A stretch of DNA of 64,000 bases from Eledone cirrhosa. Taxonomy: Eukaryota. Position numbers and translations under genes: made by a program. The notes below the pieces were generated by a model. That model did not search any database. It was not told the origin of the DNA and saw only the letters and a program-made list of their open reading frames with translations. This document shows positions 15,026 through 28,070 of the stretch, one piece after another (the first letter of the stretch is position 1; every line of letters starts with the position of its first letter). The stretch lies in NCBI GenBank assembly GCA_964016885.1, contig OZ024755.1, forward strand, positions 15,562,001 through 15,626,000. The letters are read 5' to 3'.

Positions 15026-15642
15026 ATGTATGTATGTATGTATGTATGTATGTATGTATGTATGTATGTATGTATGTATGTATGTATGTATGTATGTATG
15101 TATGTATGTATGTATGTATGTATGTATGTATGTATGTATGTATGTATGTATGTATGTATGTATGTATGTATGTATGTATGTATGTATGTATGTATGTATG
15201 TATGTATGTATGTATGTATGTATGTATGTATGTATGTATGTATGTATGTATGTATGTATGTATGTATGTATGTATGTATGTATGTATGTATGTATGTATG
15301 TATGTATGTATGTATGTATGTATGTATGTATGTATGTATGTATGTATGTATGTATGTATGTATGTATGTATGTATGTATGTATGTATGTATGTATGTATG
15401 TATGTATGTATGTATGTATGTATGTATGTATGTATGTATGTATGTATGTATGTATGTATGTATGTATGTATGTATGTATGTATGTATGTATGTATGTATG
15501 TATGTATGTATGTATGTATGTATGTATGTATGTATGTATGTATGTATGTATGTATGTATGTATGTATGTATGTATGTATGTATGTATGTATGTATGTATG
15601 TATGTATGTATGTATGTATGTATGTATGTATGTATGTATGTA

Positions 15643-15649
<7 letters not shown>
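15026..15649. repeat. Perfect (TATG)n tetranucleotide array, about 155 units
   Basis: Uninterrupted by inspection; grades into (TG)n. Confidence 0.98.
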
Positions 15650-15680
<31 letters not shown>

Positions 15681-16726
15681 TATGTATGTGTGTATCCATG
15701 TATTTATTCATGTGGGTTTTCTTTGAGATTCGTTTAATTTCGTCATAGAATTCACACCGGTCACAATCAAAGTAAAAAGATGCTTCTGATAGATTTGACA
15801 GTCCCAGCTATTTGTAATACGAGTGAACTAGTGTGTTCTGTGTGTATATTGATGTATGTTATATGCGTATATACGTGTGAATGTATGCATATCTGCTCGC
15901 ATGTATATATGTATGGAAGGATGGGTGTGCGTAGGTGTGCATGTATGGGTGTGTGTAGGTGTGCATGTATGTACACATTTGTTCACAAATCAATCATTGA
16001 ACTTAAACTAAATTTTCACTCTTTATTTTAGGTGACAGGGAGTGAAGGAAGACAGATGAGTTCAGTCCCTTAGCCAACGTCTGTCTGATATGTCACAAGA
16101 ATTTCTACCATCTTCTATGGACAATGACAGAACACCTTTTGAAAGATCACACAATCTTTTCAGAAATATTTCTCTGGAAATCGATTTATCGAATAGTTCA
16201 ATCCGTGAAGAACTATTCAATTAATGAAAGAGAAAAAAAGGAAAATTTGAAGTTATTAACAGAAAGTGAAAACATAAAAAATGGTGATAAAAAATATCAA
16301 AAGATAAAGCATATAGTTTTATAACGTTCGTTCTCTTGTTTGCGTTTGTTGTTGTGGTTGCTATTATTGTTTCCCCTCTCTTATGGCTTTGACACGGAAG
16401 GAGAAAACTGAAAAACGTGTGTAGTTTGAGAAGAAGAATCGGAAAATAAAAATTGGCCAAACAAAAGAATATTGTAATGAGAAAAGCGAAAATTAAGAAG
16501 GAAAAGATCACGAAATAAATGTATGACAACTTAAAAGCAAAAGAAAAACAAATATAAAAGATATAAAAATAATGAGAGCGGAGGATAAATAATATTTTCG
16601 AAAATGGTTCTGTCAGGTTATTGATTTCTTACTATTCTGCTTGGTCTAGGATTTATACAAGAGATAAAATAGGAATTTATGAAGTTCATTCATAAATTTC
16701 TCAATTTAAATGCGGCTTAAACGTAT

Positions 16727-16975
16727 TTAACCCTTTCGTAGCAAACCACCTGAAAACGTCCCTCTTTCTTAAATATACAACTATTGTTGTATATTTTAAA
16801 GTGCTTACATTTATCTAAACTTTTCCATTACAATTTTATATAAGAATGTTTAAATATACACCAGACATAAGATGATGTTACATTTAACGCCCACTAAATT
16901 CTTGGTTATTTTTCAAATGATCTGAAATGTATAAGTAATGTTTTGCAATTGAAATATGGTGACAAAAGAATAAAA
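16727..16975. mobile_element. Degenerate piggyBac-type MITE
   Basis: Left end TTAA-CCCTTTCGTAGC; decayed right end ggtgacaaaagaataaa about 245 bp away. Confidence 0.45.
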
Positions 16976-18164
16976 TATATTTCAGTACGAGTCAAATCTG
17001 AACGCCAATTCGTATGGATATTGGCTTACCTCCCGCTCTAAAGTTCTTCCTACACCTACATGCATGTTTGTTAAAATCTAATACGTATATAAATTCTAAT
17101 TTGTATCATATCAGGTAAATTATATTTGTCTATTCAAGGACCACCACGAACTGCTGGTTTCTTTTCTCCGACGTCTGTGATATCAAACAGATAAACTCTA
17201 CCTGTTGAGTGTGATGATATTTCATGATGAATCTATCGCAGATAGGACGACGTTGAAACCATTTAGTAAACCAATAAACACGTGCTCAATATCCTGCCAT
17301 GAACGCTTGTGACGACAGAGAGTCTGAAAGAAATACATCATATATTTCTTTTCATTTTGTTTATATATATATATACAATGTATACTTTCAAAATGATATA
17401 GACATGACTGTTGCTACCATTAAAGCCAATAATACAGCCACACCGGGCGCTGATCTTACAAAGCCACTTTACTAACTCTTAAACGATCACAGTATTGTGC
17501 AAATAAGGATTATTGAATATATATATATATATAATTTTCTACGATCTATAATTAAATTATTTAAGATCTTTGTCGCGTAGCAACGTTGTCGGAATACCCA
17601 GTACGATTGAGAGGATCGTATGGTGTTATAAGCTGTCACATGATTTGACCTGGGTGAGTATTGTACACTGTTAAGTACAAAATTTAGCCTTAGTTCTATT
17701 ATTATTGTTAATAGATCAAGCAGATTCTTAGCTTGCCGATCTCGATTATTTTGTAGAGCATAATTTTGAAAGGGGTGGCGTATTTTAGGGCTAGCCTAGC
17801 GTTCTATATACTTAGCAAACTCAAACAATCGGTCTTTGAAATTTCTGATACTATCTACCGGTCGCAATATGGCAGAAGACGCAACATGAAATAAAGTGTC
17901 AAGGACATAAAACATCGCCCAATCTGGGAATCAAACTCGTAACCATACGATTGTGAATCCAACACCAACAACTAAGCCACGTGTCCTCACATATACAAAT
18001 AGGTAAACAGAATTTTCAGAGTTTTGTGTATTTGCCAAAGAGAATAAGCAGCGCTTATGAAAGTATTTGAACTGCAGACATTTCGATAATTTGTAGGTCA
18101 AGATATTGACTTGACCAACTACACTTCTGACATTTAATTCTACAAATACGAGTGAAGGATGAAG

Positions 18165-18370
18165 GTACCATGTGGTCGCTGGACTTGCTAGAAGTAGCAA
18201 TCAAATAAATCCCAAAAAGTGAGCCACACCTTCATAAAACAGTGATGGCAGAGTGTATAATGTAATCCCAGATAGACTTTATCTAAAGGAATAAGATGTT
18301 CACGAGTGGAATGCTATTGATGACAGATCTGCTCAAGCAAAGATAACCTGGGCTCAAAATCATGAACAAC
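18165..18370 (+). mobile_element. Interspersed repeat, probable retroposon 3' tail family
   Basis: Motif gtggtc...tgctagaa(a/g)tagca recurs at ~378, ~772, ~39720 and ~49583. Confidence 0.5.
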
Positions 18371-18456
18371 TAATAAAACTCTAAGTAAAGAATATAGATT
18401 TAAACTCAACATAATTTCTATGTGTTATTAATATAAGTAACCACTTCACATTCATT

Positions 18457-18628
18457 GGTGGATTGGCAGTATCGGTAGAGGTCGGACGCTATACTTTGCA
18501 GCAAAGAGTTACGGCCCTTTATGGTCTGAATTCAAATCTTGCCTTTCATCCTTACGGAGTCAATAAAATAAAGTACCAGTAATGCACTGGCTAATTGCTG
18601 GCCTTGTGCCAAATGCAGAAACAATTAT
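18457..18628 (+). mobile_element. SINE of the same subfamily as 33675 and 33904
   Basis: ggtggattggcagtatcggtagag...agagttacggcccttt...tgcctttcatccttacgg...aataaagtaccagtaatgcactgg..aattgctggccttgtgcc. Confidence 0.85.
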
Positions 18629-21600
18629 ATATCATAAATAGAAAGACATGAAATATCCCCTTTTATGGATCCTAAATAATGATATAGTTGCCGAACAAAT
18701 GTCTTAAGGACACAGACTGCAACGATGTGTATTAGTGAAGCATGTTAAGCTAAATAACTGTAACTAGAATCTTCAATCTAGATTGTTTCAGTATTTATTT
18801 TCTACTGTATTTGGCATCGGTCCATTGACCCTGAACTGCTGACTGTGGTGTAGAGGGGTCGAGTGACAGCCATCGTGACATGCCACCTGTTTTATGCAGT
18901 TAAACCTTATGGAGCCAATAGTTCTCCAGGTTTGCATAACTGCCTTTTTCCAGCAGAAAAGAAACAAAGAGAGTTGGGGCGGAGTAAGAATGAATACGAC
19001 ATATATAGAAAGAGAAATAGGTGGAAGAATCGACCACCTACTGAACTGAATCAATCCATCCGACGTTCTAACGATTCTTTCAATTTGCCTCCCTAAAGTT
19101 TGATAGATAAACTAAAAAATTTTAATATCTTTTGTTTTAGCTTTCAGTAGTATAGAGCAGTTTGCTAATTAGATGAAAAAAATACATTTTAAGCATACAA
19201 ATTTGAGTTCAGGGTGTTTATTCTTTTCCCAATATCATAAGCTCTATAGGAGAAATTAATCTGCCTCAACACCGAGTTGAAACCGCATTGTGGTTTTGGC
19301 AATGAAAAGCCTGTCTATAAAACATGACACAACTTTTAGTAATTTGATATTTTCCTTGTAATTAATCATGGTCTCGATAAGTTTATTGCCAAGGTTAGGG
19401 CTATGCCGATACGGTAAACATGCCTCTGTTAGAATTATACAAATGCAATCTTGCAGTTTATCAATGCACAGAGCAATTTCGATGACAACTCTGATTGTTC
19501 AAGAACATTGCTGGTTTTACTGTAACTTAAGACCATTTAACGCTAAGTGAAGTGTAATATTTCACATTTCGGATTACTTTAAAAGCAACAGAAATTTTAC
19601 TAAATAAGAATCACAAATTCAACATGTTAATAAGAGTCATTGTAGCAGTTAAGAAATTGTTATAACTTGGCGAATAAGGTATCTGGTTCATGTATTGGGC
19701 TATTGAGATACCTTATTTATTGTGTAGACATATGCAGGTAGAAATGATGTGTTGTTTCCTGTGTAAGATATAAAAGTCTTCCTACCCTACATGCATAGCA
19801 ACTGAGAAAGGTAAATATTAGAGTAGAAAGCCTAGTGCATGGAAAGCAAAATTAAATAAAATTGCCATAACTTTATACCGTTGAATTATATAACATTTCA
19901 TGTTACCTGTGTGTTTAAATTACTATTGCCTTGTTTTATAATGTTTATTTATCATTAATCATCTATTCTTATAAGAAATTCTGTATTACATGGATGTTCT
20001 GGCCACATGTTATACTTAGTTCTCTATGCAACACAAATCCAAGTGTTTATAAATAAAAACTAGTGAAAACTTGTCTAGAGTCTACAAGGATCCCCTACAA
20101 ATAATTTAATGGTGGACATAATAATCATATCAAAACAAACACACACACAACATCCAACAAACAAATAAATTTACTTGTATGATGAAGTATAAATATAATG
20201 CTAATGATTCGAGTTTCGATGGGAGTAGCTACACCAATCACATTAGGTGGAAGCAACGCGTTCCACATCATTTCATTCTAAAGAATAGGAAGGACACATA
20301 CGCATATACACATATATAATGCATTCTCCGTCTATCGATTTCTCTACACAATCAATAGATCATCTCGAACCTAGAGTAAAAACAAAAACATTTTTCAGAT
20401 CTGCCACGCGGTGGAATTGAACCAGGTACTCCGTGTTTATGGAGCGAATTTGATACCAACATCACCATATCTGCGCCCAATCTATAGCGCGAGAGAGAGA
20501 AAGAGCACGCGAGCGAGAGATGTGTGTATGTGTGTGTGTATGTATAATTATATTTCTGATATTAAATAATCTTATGCTTCATAGTAAAACTAATTTAAGG
20601 TATATTTTTTAAGATAAATTTATTCTATTCTTTATTTACTAAACGTCGTAAATCTACAGCAAACATACTTCAGTAAATGAACATCACTTCGTGAAGAAAG
20701 CTTTCTGCAAGAAGAAACTTTTAAGGTATTATAAAACTGAGGATATACAAAATAATGTGTTTACACACACTATCATTCTGAAGAGAAACGTTTACAGATA
20801 AAAATAGTTGTCTGCTTCAGTAGTCGAATATATTACACTTGAACTATTCTTAAATTTCCAAAGACAATTCTAGAATATCTCCATTTATTCGCACGTGCAT
20901 TGAACTAACAGGCGATAGATCTGTTGTCATTGTTAAATACAGACGTCTGTGCGATTTATTGACTTAATTTAATTTTTTTTTCAATAAATTAACTTGATTT
21001 TTCAATAAATTAAGTAGACAACTTTAGTATTGATTAGATGACCGTAATAGCAGTGTAATTCAAACAGACATTGTAAGAGAGTTGGTTGTATAAGAAAAGT
21101 ATAAATTTTCAACAGTCGTTCGCTCACTTATCTGACGTTTACAATATTTGCTTAATAAGAAACGGCAGCTGCTTCAGACGAAGTGTAGTAATAACGCCGC
21201 AGAATTCTTTTGAAGTTATCATTAGTGAACCATTCTAAAATATTACAAATCTAATAGAGCATTACGAAAATCTTGAAATTGTGTAAAATCAATGATAAAT
21301 GGCTGATTAGCATTGAAACGGAAGAAACAAAGACAAAAAAGAACAAAACAGTAAAATATTAGATCAGTGTCTTTTCAATAATCCTTGTCACATAACTATC
21401 TTAACGATATTGAAACAATGGTTTTCATATATTTCAAACGAATTCACGAGAGTTGCCTACATTGGTATTAAGATAATTCGGATTAAGTTCGAATCTATTA
21501 GCCGGACAAAATATGAGCTTTTACTACACACTTTTATATCAATTCTTCGTTATTTATTTTTTGTCGTATAATTATCATCTGTATATGTTTTTCTTTACTT

Positions 21601-21779
21601 TCTCCAGTCATTTGTGAGCGACCATGCTGGGACACCGCCTTACTTTATTGATCTCTATTCTATCGATCCGCTAAGTTACGGGACATATATACACAAACAC
21701 CACCCGTTAAGAGGTATAGACTTTAGCACAATTATACACTATATATAAGTATGTATATATATACTATTTTATCGAAAAT

Positions 21780-22460
21780 ACATGGCACACTGGCTATACA
21801 ATCCTAGGTACTTGGACTTTTCCGAATGATGTCCCCTATATTTCAATGATACCAATGTTGGTTGATTAAAAAGAAATTTCATTCCCCAGTTTCAACATTC
21901 CACTTCATTTTTTCGGGAATGTTGGCATTGTGCCTACATCAGCAAAATATATTGAGGCCTTTTTCCTACGTGTCATTAAAATGTACCATGCCCATGAAAA
22001 ATATCATTCTCATCACGGGTTTCGAGAAATATCCTTATACACTTTGGATAAATATTTTTAAATGGACTTTTAACACTGATGCATCAACAAACAATGTATT
22101 TTACCAAAGTATGGTTTGCGGATATGAATGTTAGAAACAAGCGAGCAATATTAGCTTCAGGAAATTAACTTCCTCATTATGTAGATAAAATTCACAGCTA
22201 AAAACCCATTGTGGCTACTCCTAAGCCAACATTTACACAAAGGTTCTAATTACAGCTTTTATGCCTATGCATCACTAATGACTTGCTCCGTCATGACTGC
22301 CAACCGTGCAACACAAATTCAATGTGAATAACAGCAGAGCATTTTCCATCACGAGTGATGAAAGACATCTTCAATTAACGTTCGCCAACGAAATTAAATG
22401 TATTAAAATCAAATGGGAACATGTAGTGTGCCATGAGTTTGATCTTTAAAAGTATGGAAC
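21780..22460 (+). pseudogene. Decayed hAT (Charlie/Buster-like) element with transposase C-terminal relic
   Basis: Inverted 11-mer CATGGCACACT (21781) / AGTGTGCCATG (~22425); fragmentary *IKFTAKNP (WIKxxxEYP), SVMTA and QHKFNV resemble the hAT dimerisation region. Confidence 0.45.
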
Positions 22461-22999
22461 CAATTCCGGATATGTTTAGGTTTTAAACCCTCCTCAGTGA
22501 AGCCGAGTGTTACCAATACTTAAATTTTAGAATCACATAGAGAATATATAGAGTTCAAGTGAAGAATGTTTCACTCATTAGGTAATTTCTCATACTATTA
22601 TTTCCATTCAATATTCTACGATTATCTTGCTATTTCGTTTCACTTCACAATACTAATATATATTTGACAATATATTTTGCAACATATATAATGAAGTGAA
22701 TTGTCAAGACAAGGTTTATAACTTACTTTAAAAGAGTCAGAACATAGTAACGCTGACATAAGGGAAATAACTGCTGTTTATTTTATTATAGCCTTCGGGC
22801 AGCCGTTGAATTGGTATGACGTTACAACGTCGGACAGAATGCTTTGCATTAATCTTTCCAGCTCTCTGTGCTCTGAATTGAAGATCCACCGAGCTCACGT
22901 TTGACATTATTTCTTTTGAAGTCGATAAATAAAGTGTTCTTAGCCCAATACTGTAGACGATTATACCTGTCTCTCTTTATCAATTTCTCTTTCTGACTC

Positions 23000-23445
23000 T
23001 GGTTCTTGAGTTATTTTTAACACCTGATTTTTGGCAGCGAAATAGTCTAGTGCAATGGAATCTTCACATGGATGCTGATCAAGAAGTTTACACAAATATT
23101 CATTCTTCGAAACACTGTCTAATTCTTGAATTGACATTCATCTCTGAGCTTATACTGTTGCAATAACACTACACATGTAAATTACGTTTGTCCTCGCTTC
23201 AAACAATTCTTGATTTATTTTTAATACCTCTTCGTGCTAGTCCAGCAATCTGCATTACTTTGGGTTTTTTTGTTGCTAAATCTTAGAGCGATCTTTGCTA
23301 TTGCCGCTTCCGTTAGTCTGGTGGTCATCTGTTGAAATGATAGGCATGACTCGGTTAGAAATACTATATATTGTCAAATCTTTCAAACGTGTTATCGCAC
23401 TCCACAGTACTCGGCTTCTGGTTTAGTCGTGGTTCTTCCCATGAT
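23000..23445 (-). pseudogene. Possible Tc1-like transposase N-terminal relic
   Basis: Minus strand starts MGRTTTKPEAE, then disrupted basic HTH-like segments; many stops; weak resemblance only. Confidence 0.25.
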
Positions 23446-24169
23446 AAAATCAATGATCAGAAATTGTTTGTTTCTCTGATTTGATGTTAGACTACGGCCT
23501 GAAAGGTTACAATACATCTTAGTTCCATTCTCCAAATAAAACTAATTAATATAAATGGGTAACATTGTAGTGTAATGCTTTTCACTTCTGCACATTTCGC
23601 GAACCTTCAATTAAGAAGTCAAATCTCGAGGGAAATTTAAGAGGTAATGGTTACAATTTATCCACATAAGCAACATATATTTGCAAAGCAAGATTGAATA
23701 AATGTTACATATTACAGCTACCATGGTAACATTGATCAGGAATATAATCCAACATGAATTATTTGTAGAATGTTGATATATTTGCCTACAGATTCTAATA
23801 GAATTAATCCTGATTAAGAAATAAATCTTATTGAAACATTCTATGTGAATAAGCGCTAATAGGAAATATTTAAATAATAAACATTGTATTAGCCAATACG
23901 ACACAGATAGTTAGAAAATATTATTGTGTCGCTGAAGATAAAAATACATAGTGTGAAACATTCTAATTTTCTATATTTAATAATTATTATGCATGCATAC
24001 ATGGTCCAGTAAACACTGATTGTGTCGTTGGGGCATTACATTGACATACGGCGTTTCTGTGGCGTTTTGAAACTTTGTGGAGCCCAGTCTTCTCCAGGTC
24101 TGAATACAGCAGATTTATTCCAGAGAAAGATAGAGAGCGTGAAATAATGGACGCGAAAAAGCGTTATAG

Positions 24170-24300
24170 ATGAAGAATCGACCCAAGTAATTGACTGATG
24201 CTTTTTCCATCGACCTCGAATGGATGAAAACCAAAGTTGACGCCGACGGGATTTGATATCGCAGAGAAGAGAGTCGAAACGAATTGTTTTTAACGTTATT
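24170..24300 (-). mobile_element. Decayed SINE
   Basis: atcgaccc...atcgacctcgaatggatgaaaaccaaagttgacgccgacgggatttga. Confidence 0.7.
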
Positions 24301-24772
24301 TCATATTCCAAAAAGAAATATATAAAACTGAAGGCATTGCTAATCAGAGAAGTCTTACAAATCAAAACAGCTCACAGCATACCTTGACAGAAATTTCATG
24401 CTGTCATTTAAATGTCGTCTGGTAAAAGAAAGATTTAATAATTTCGTGTAATCCGTGACAATAAAACTCGCAGAGTACGGTTATAAATATAGACAAAGGC
24501 TGACTCGTCTCTCATATCTCAGTAGTTAAATTTAGTCTATTTAAAGGTTCTGAACATTCCTCAGACCTTCCAACCTCTGAAAACCCAAACGGGGAGTACA
24601 ATATAAAAAAGGGTAAATGAAGCAAAATAGGGAGATTTTACATTATGAAAGCTATACGCATATTCAGAAGAGAAGACATCGCTCATCCACCCCAAACTGG
24701 GTGGAAAATCTCCCAATCGGGCGGGAAGAGTTGACAGGTCCGCCTTACTTGACAAGTAAGAACCTACCTTAC

Positions 24773-24883
24773 AGACAACCAATACAGAGAGGATGAACCT
24801 CTTGGTTTATACCCATCGACACTAGAAACATCTGATAAAAACCTATCTATTTTTGGTGTATTGAATCTTTGAGTAACGTACGA
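24773..24883 (-). CDS. Candidate exon G (phase 0 to 0), SYVTQRFNTPKIDRFLSDVSSVDGYKPRGSSSLYWLS
   Basis: Acceptor ggttattcag, donor GTAAGG (alternative AG/GTAGGT 5 nt downstream), 111 nt open. Confidence 0.4.
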
Positions 24884-25058
24884 CTGAATAACCAGTATAT
24901 TCCTCCTTCCGTTGTAGATTCCGTTTTTGATGTGCAAATATAGACATTCAGATATTTTTACATACATATATATATATATATATTATATAGAGAGATAAAG
25001 ACAAATATGCACACACGCACGTATGTATATATATATTCAGACACATATGCTCACAAGC

Positions 25059-25090
<32 letters not shown>

Positions 25091-25480
25091 GGATCGAGTC
25101 GTTTAAGATGTACGTGTGTGTGCGCGTGTATGTGTGTGTTTTACATTTACATATTTACGTTTCTTTATACACACTTAGAAATAAAAACCATATATCAACA
25201 TTTCTTTGGCAAAATCACCAAACTTTCTACCTGCTTGCTCTCTCTCCCCTTACACCACTACCTGTGTAAACACACTTCACTCGCTTATATTTCATGAGAA
25301 GAAATGATGAGAATTTAAAAGCAAGATACTGGAACATATTGGACGCATTCTTCTATTTGCTGTGTACATTACTCAATACGCAAAGGTCATCATCAAAGGG
25401 AATGATTTAAAAGATCGATGACGCGTTCTCTCAGGTCGCCATCTTAAGTTGCTTTGCTGTTTGTTACGTTGTAGTCTTAC

Positions 25481-25554
25481 AAATATTCTGCATATTTGGC
25501 ATAATATGTGCACACTTGCAGAATCCGGATGAGAGTCACGTAACAGCCATTTGT
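25481..25554 (-). CDS. Candidate exon F (phase 1 to 0), KWLLRDSHPDSASVHILCQICRIF
   Basis: Donor GTAAGA; acceptor atatcag, or an in-frame acceptor 30 nt upstream at 25584. Confidence 0.35.
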
Positions 25555-25799
25555 CTGATATATGCTTATGTATGAAAAATACTTCTGAAGTTATATACAA
25601 TATCATACACGCTCACATACACAAACAAACGCAACGGTACACAAACACACGCACCCCCACCTCCACATATGTGTGTGTGTTTGTGTGTGGGTGTGTGTAC
25701 GTATGTATATACACACAAATGTGATGATTTCGACCGTAAGAAAGTTCTTATCCTACAGAAATATTTCTATCTGAAATAAATCACACACAGACACACGCA

Positions 25800-25800
25800 C

Positions 25801-25835
<35 letters not shown>

Positions 25836-25915
25836 GTATATATATACATATATTACATACATACATATATACATATATTACATACATACACACATATATA
25901 TATATATGTATATAC

Positions 25916-25972
<57 letters not shown>

Positions 25973-26066
25973 CACATATATGCATATATATATACACATA
26001 TATGCATATATACATACATGTGTATATATGTGTGTATATATATATATATATTTATATATACACATT

Positions 26067-26099
<33 letters not shown>

Positions 26100-26163
26100 G
26101 TATGTGTATATATACGTATGTGAATAGATATGTGCTTGTGTCTATATATGTTTAGGTGAACAG

Positions 26164-26210
<47 letters not shown>
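25800..26210. repeat. (TA)n/(TACA) low-complexity tract
   Basis: Direct inspection. Confidence 0.95.
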
Positions 26211-26211
<1 letters not shown>

Positions 26212-27309
26212 GCATGGGCCACATCACAACACAATGAGGGCAATGACGGGAATTCACATAATTTATTTAAAGCCTGTGATGTACTCAATGCCGTATGCAA
26301 TTAATTCTTAATTCATTGAAATTTGCTTCTTCGTTAGTGAAAGTAAAGAGAAACCCAACGGGAATTGCGAGCAACTGTCAATTGCTTTACTTATCAAAAC
26401 TGCTGATGTTATTAATTTTATTAACGTCTTTATAATTTCTGTAGTGCACCTAAACTTGCACCTCACTCACTTATTTACAGCTATTCCTTAAATATTTTAC
26501 TGAATATTTTTTATGACTGTTTTGTTTTTGTTTTTATTATCACTACTACTACTACTACAGCTACTACTATTACTCGCATGTTCCTTCATTTAGATGTTAA
26601 GAATATTTAAATTTAAAGTAGTGTTATCATTTCAAAGGTTCACTCTGTTAATCTTGTGTCCTAACCTTATGAAGAAATTATCCTGGAGACAGACAGACAG
26701 ACAGACAGACAGAGCGTGTGTGTGTGTGTGCGTGCGTGCGCATATGTGCAAGCACGTGTATTTTTATGTATGATCAAATAGCAGAGATGTTTACGAAATT
26801 ATCCATATATTTACGTATACAGATTGTGTATGCCCATTACACAAGTTTCTGCAAGCATGAATACATGATTAAAATGTTCGCTTCACCACTGTTTTAGCTG
26901 CATAATGTCCTGAGCCATACCGGCATTTCACGCAAACGGTTATGAAGGAAATATGCTATATGGAGATTGTATTTATACCCATCGGAGGTAGGATCCCATT
27001 AATGAGTGAGAGATGTAAAGCCGTCACCACCTGACTCTAGGTTTCCTTTAGTAAATTACATACTCTTTAAATGTTTCTAACTAGAATACTCATCTCAGTA
27101 TGATCTCCTTTTCCTGTTAGTTGTCTGTGAGGCCCTGAAAATTAGCGTAAGGGATTCTTGAGTTTTAGGCATGCCATCATGATTCATGGCATGGCATGCC
27201 ATGCGGATTCTAAAACCAGAAGAACCTATCTAGGTCTGAAATCAGTGAAAGTATGTTGGAGTAAGAGACAAATTGAGATTGATAGAGGAAGAATGTGATA
27301 TAGCAATGG

Positions 27310-27445
27310 ACTTGCACTTTATTCACCTCCAAAGTATAGAAAGCTAAGTTGGCCTCGGCATTAATTGAACACAGAGGGCAAAAAGCCAGACCGAATACTG
27401 CAAAGCATTCTCCGACGTTCTAACATCTCGGTCAACTTGCCATCT
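27310..27445 (-). mobile_element. Decayed SINE
   Basis: agttggcctcggcattaattgaacacagag...gaatactgcaaagcattctccgacgttctaac. Confidence 0.6.
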
Positions 27446-27646
27446 TTTGATAAAATCATGTAGAAAGAAATATCTCATCAAGGTGTGCTTCCTCTTCCGG
27501 CGGGGTTTATACGCTGTTAGCAATCACCATGGTGGAGCCAGTTTCGTTACTGATTACGAACTATGGACTGGTGCTTTATTAGTAATGAAAATATTAATCT
27601 ACTCGATGGTATTGAGTACTCATTTTCGTGACAGTCAATACTAAGC

Positions 27647-27687
<41 letters not shown>

Positions 27688-28021
27688 GGTGTCTACATAT
27701 TTTTACAAACATACGTATAAAAATAAAATTATTCATGTACAGATCATGCGCACACACACACATTATATATATATATACATATATATATACATACACATAT
27801 ACATTTCTTCATTTGATGTGATATATATGTGTGCGTGATGTTTGTTTTAAGTAGATAGATATTATATTTTTCTGTTTATCATCGATACATATAGTGGTGA
27901 GATCTTTAGCTGTAAAATGTCATATTGATCAATTTGTAGCAATAAAGTCACGAAAATATTTCGGAAAAACAAAATTTATATGAAATTAAGTCGTTTCCAG
28001 ACACCAGCTGCCTTTAAATAC

Positions 28022-28070
<49 letters not shown>

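Noticed and set aside
17202-17323. Minus-strand segment with strong acceptor (TLCRHKRSWQDIEHVF...)
   Set aside because: Stops in all three frames before the first good donor.
27168-27204. CATG/GCATGC-rich cluster with 16-bp palindrome GCATGGCATGCCATGC
   Set aside because: Short, explained by local slippage of a palindromic word; no other support.
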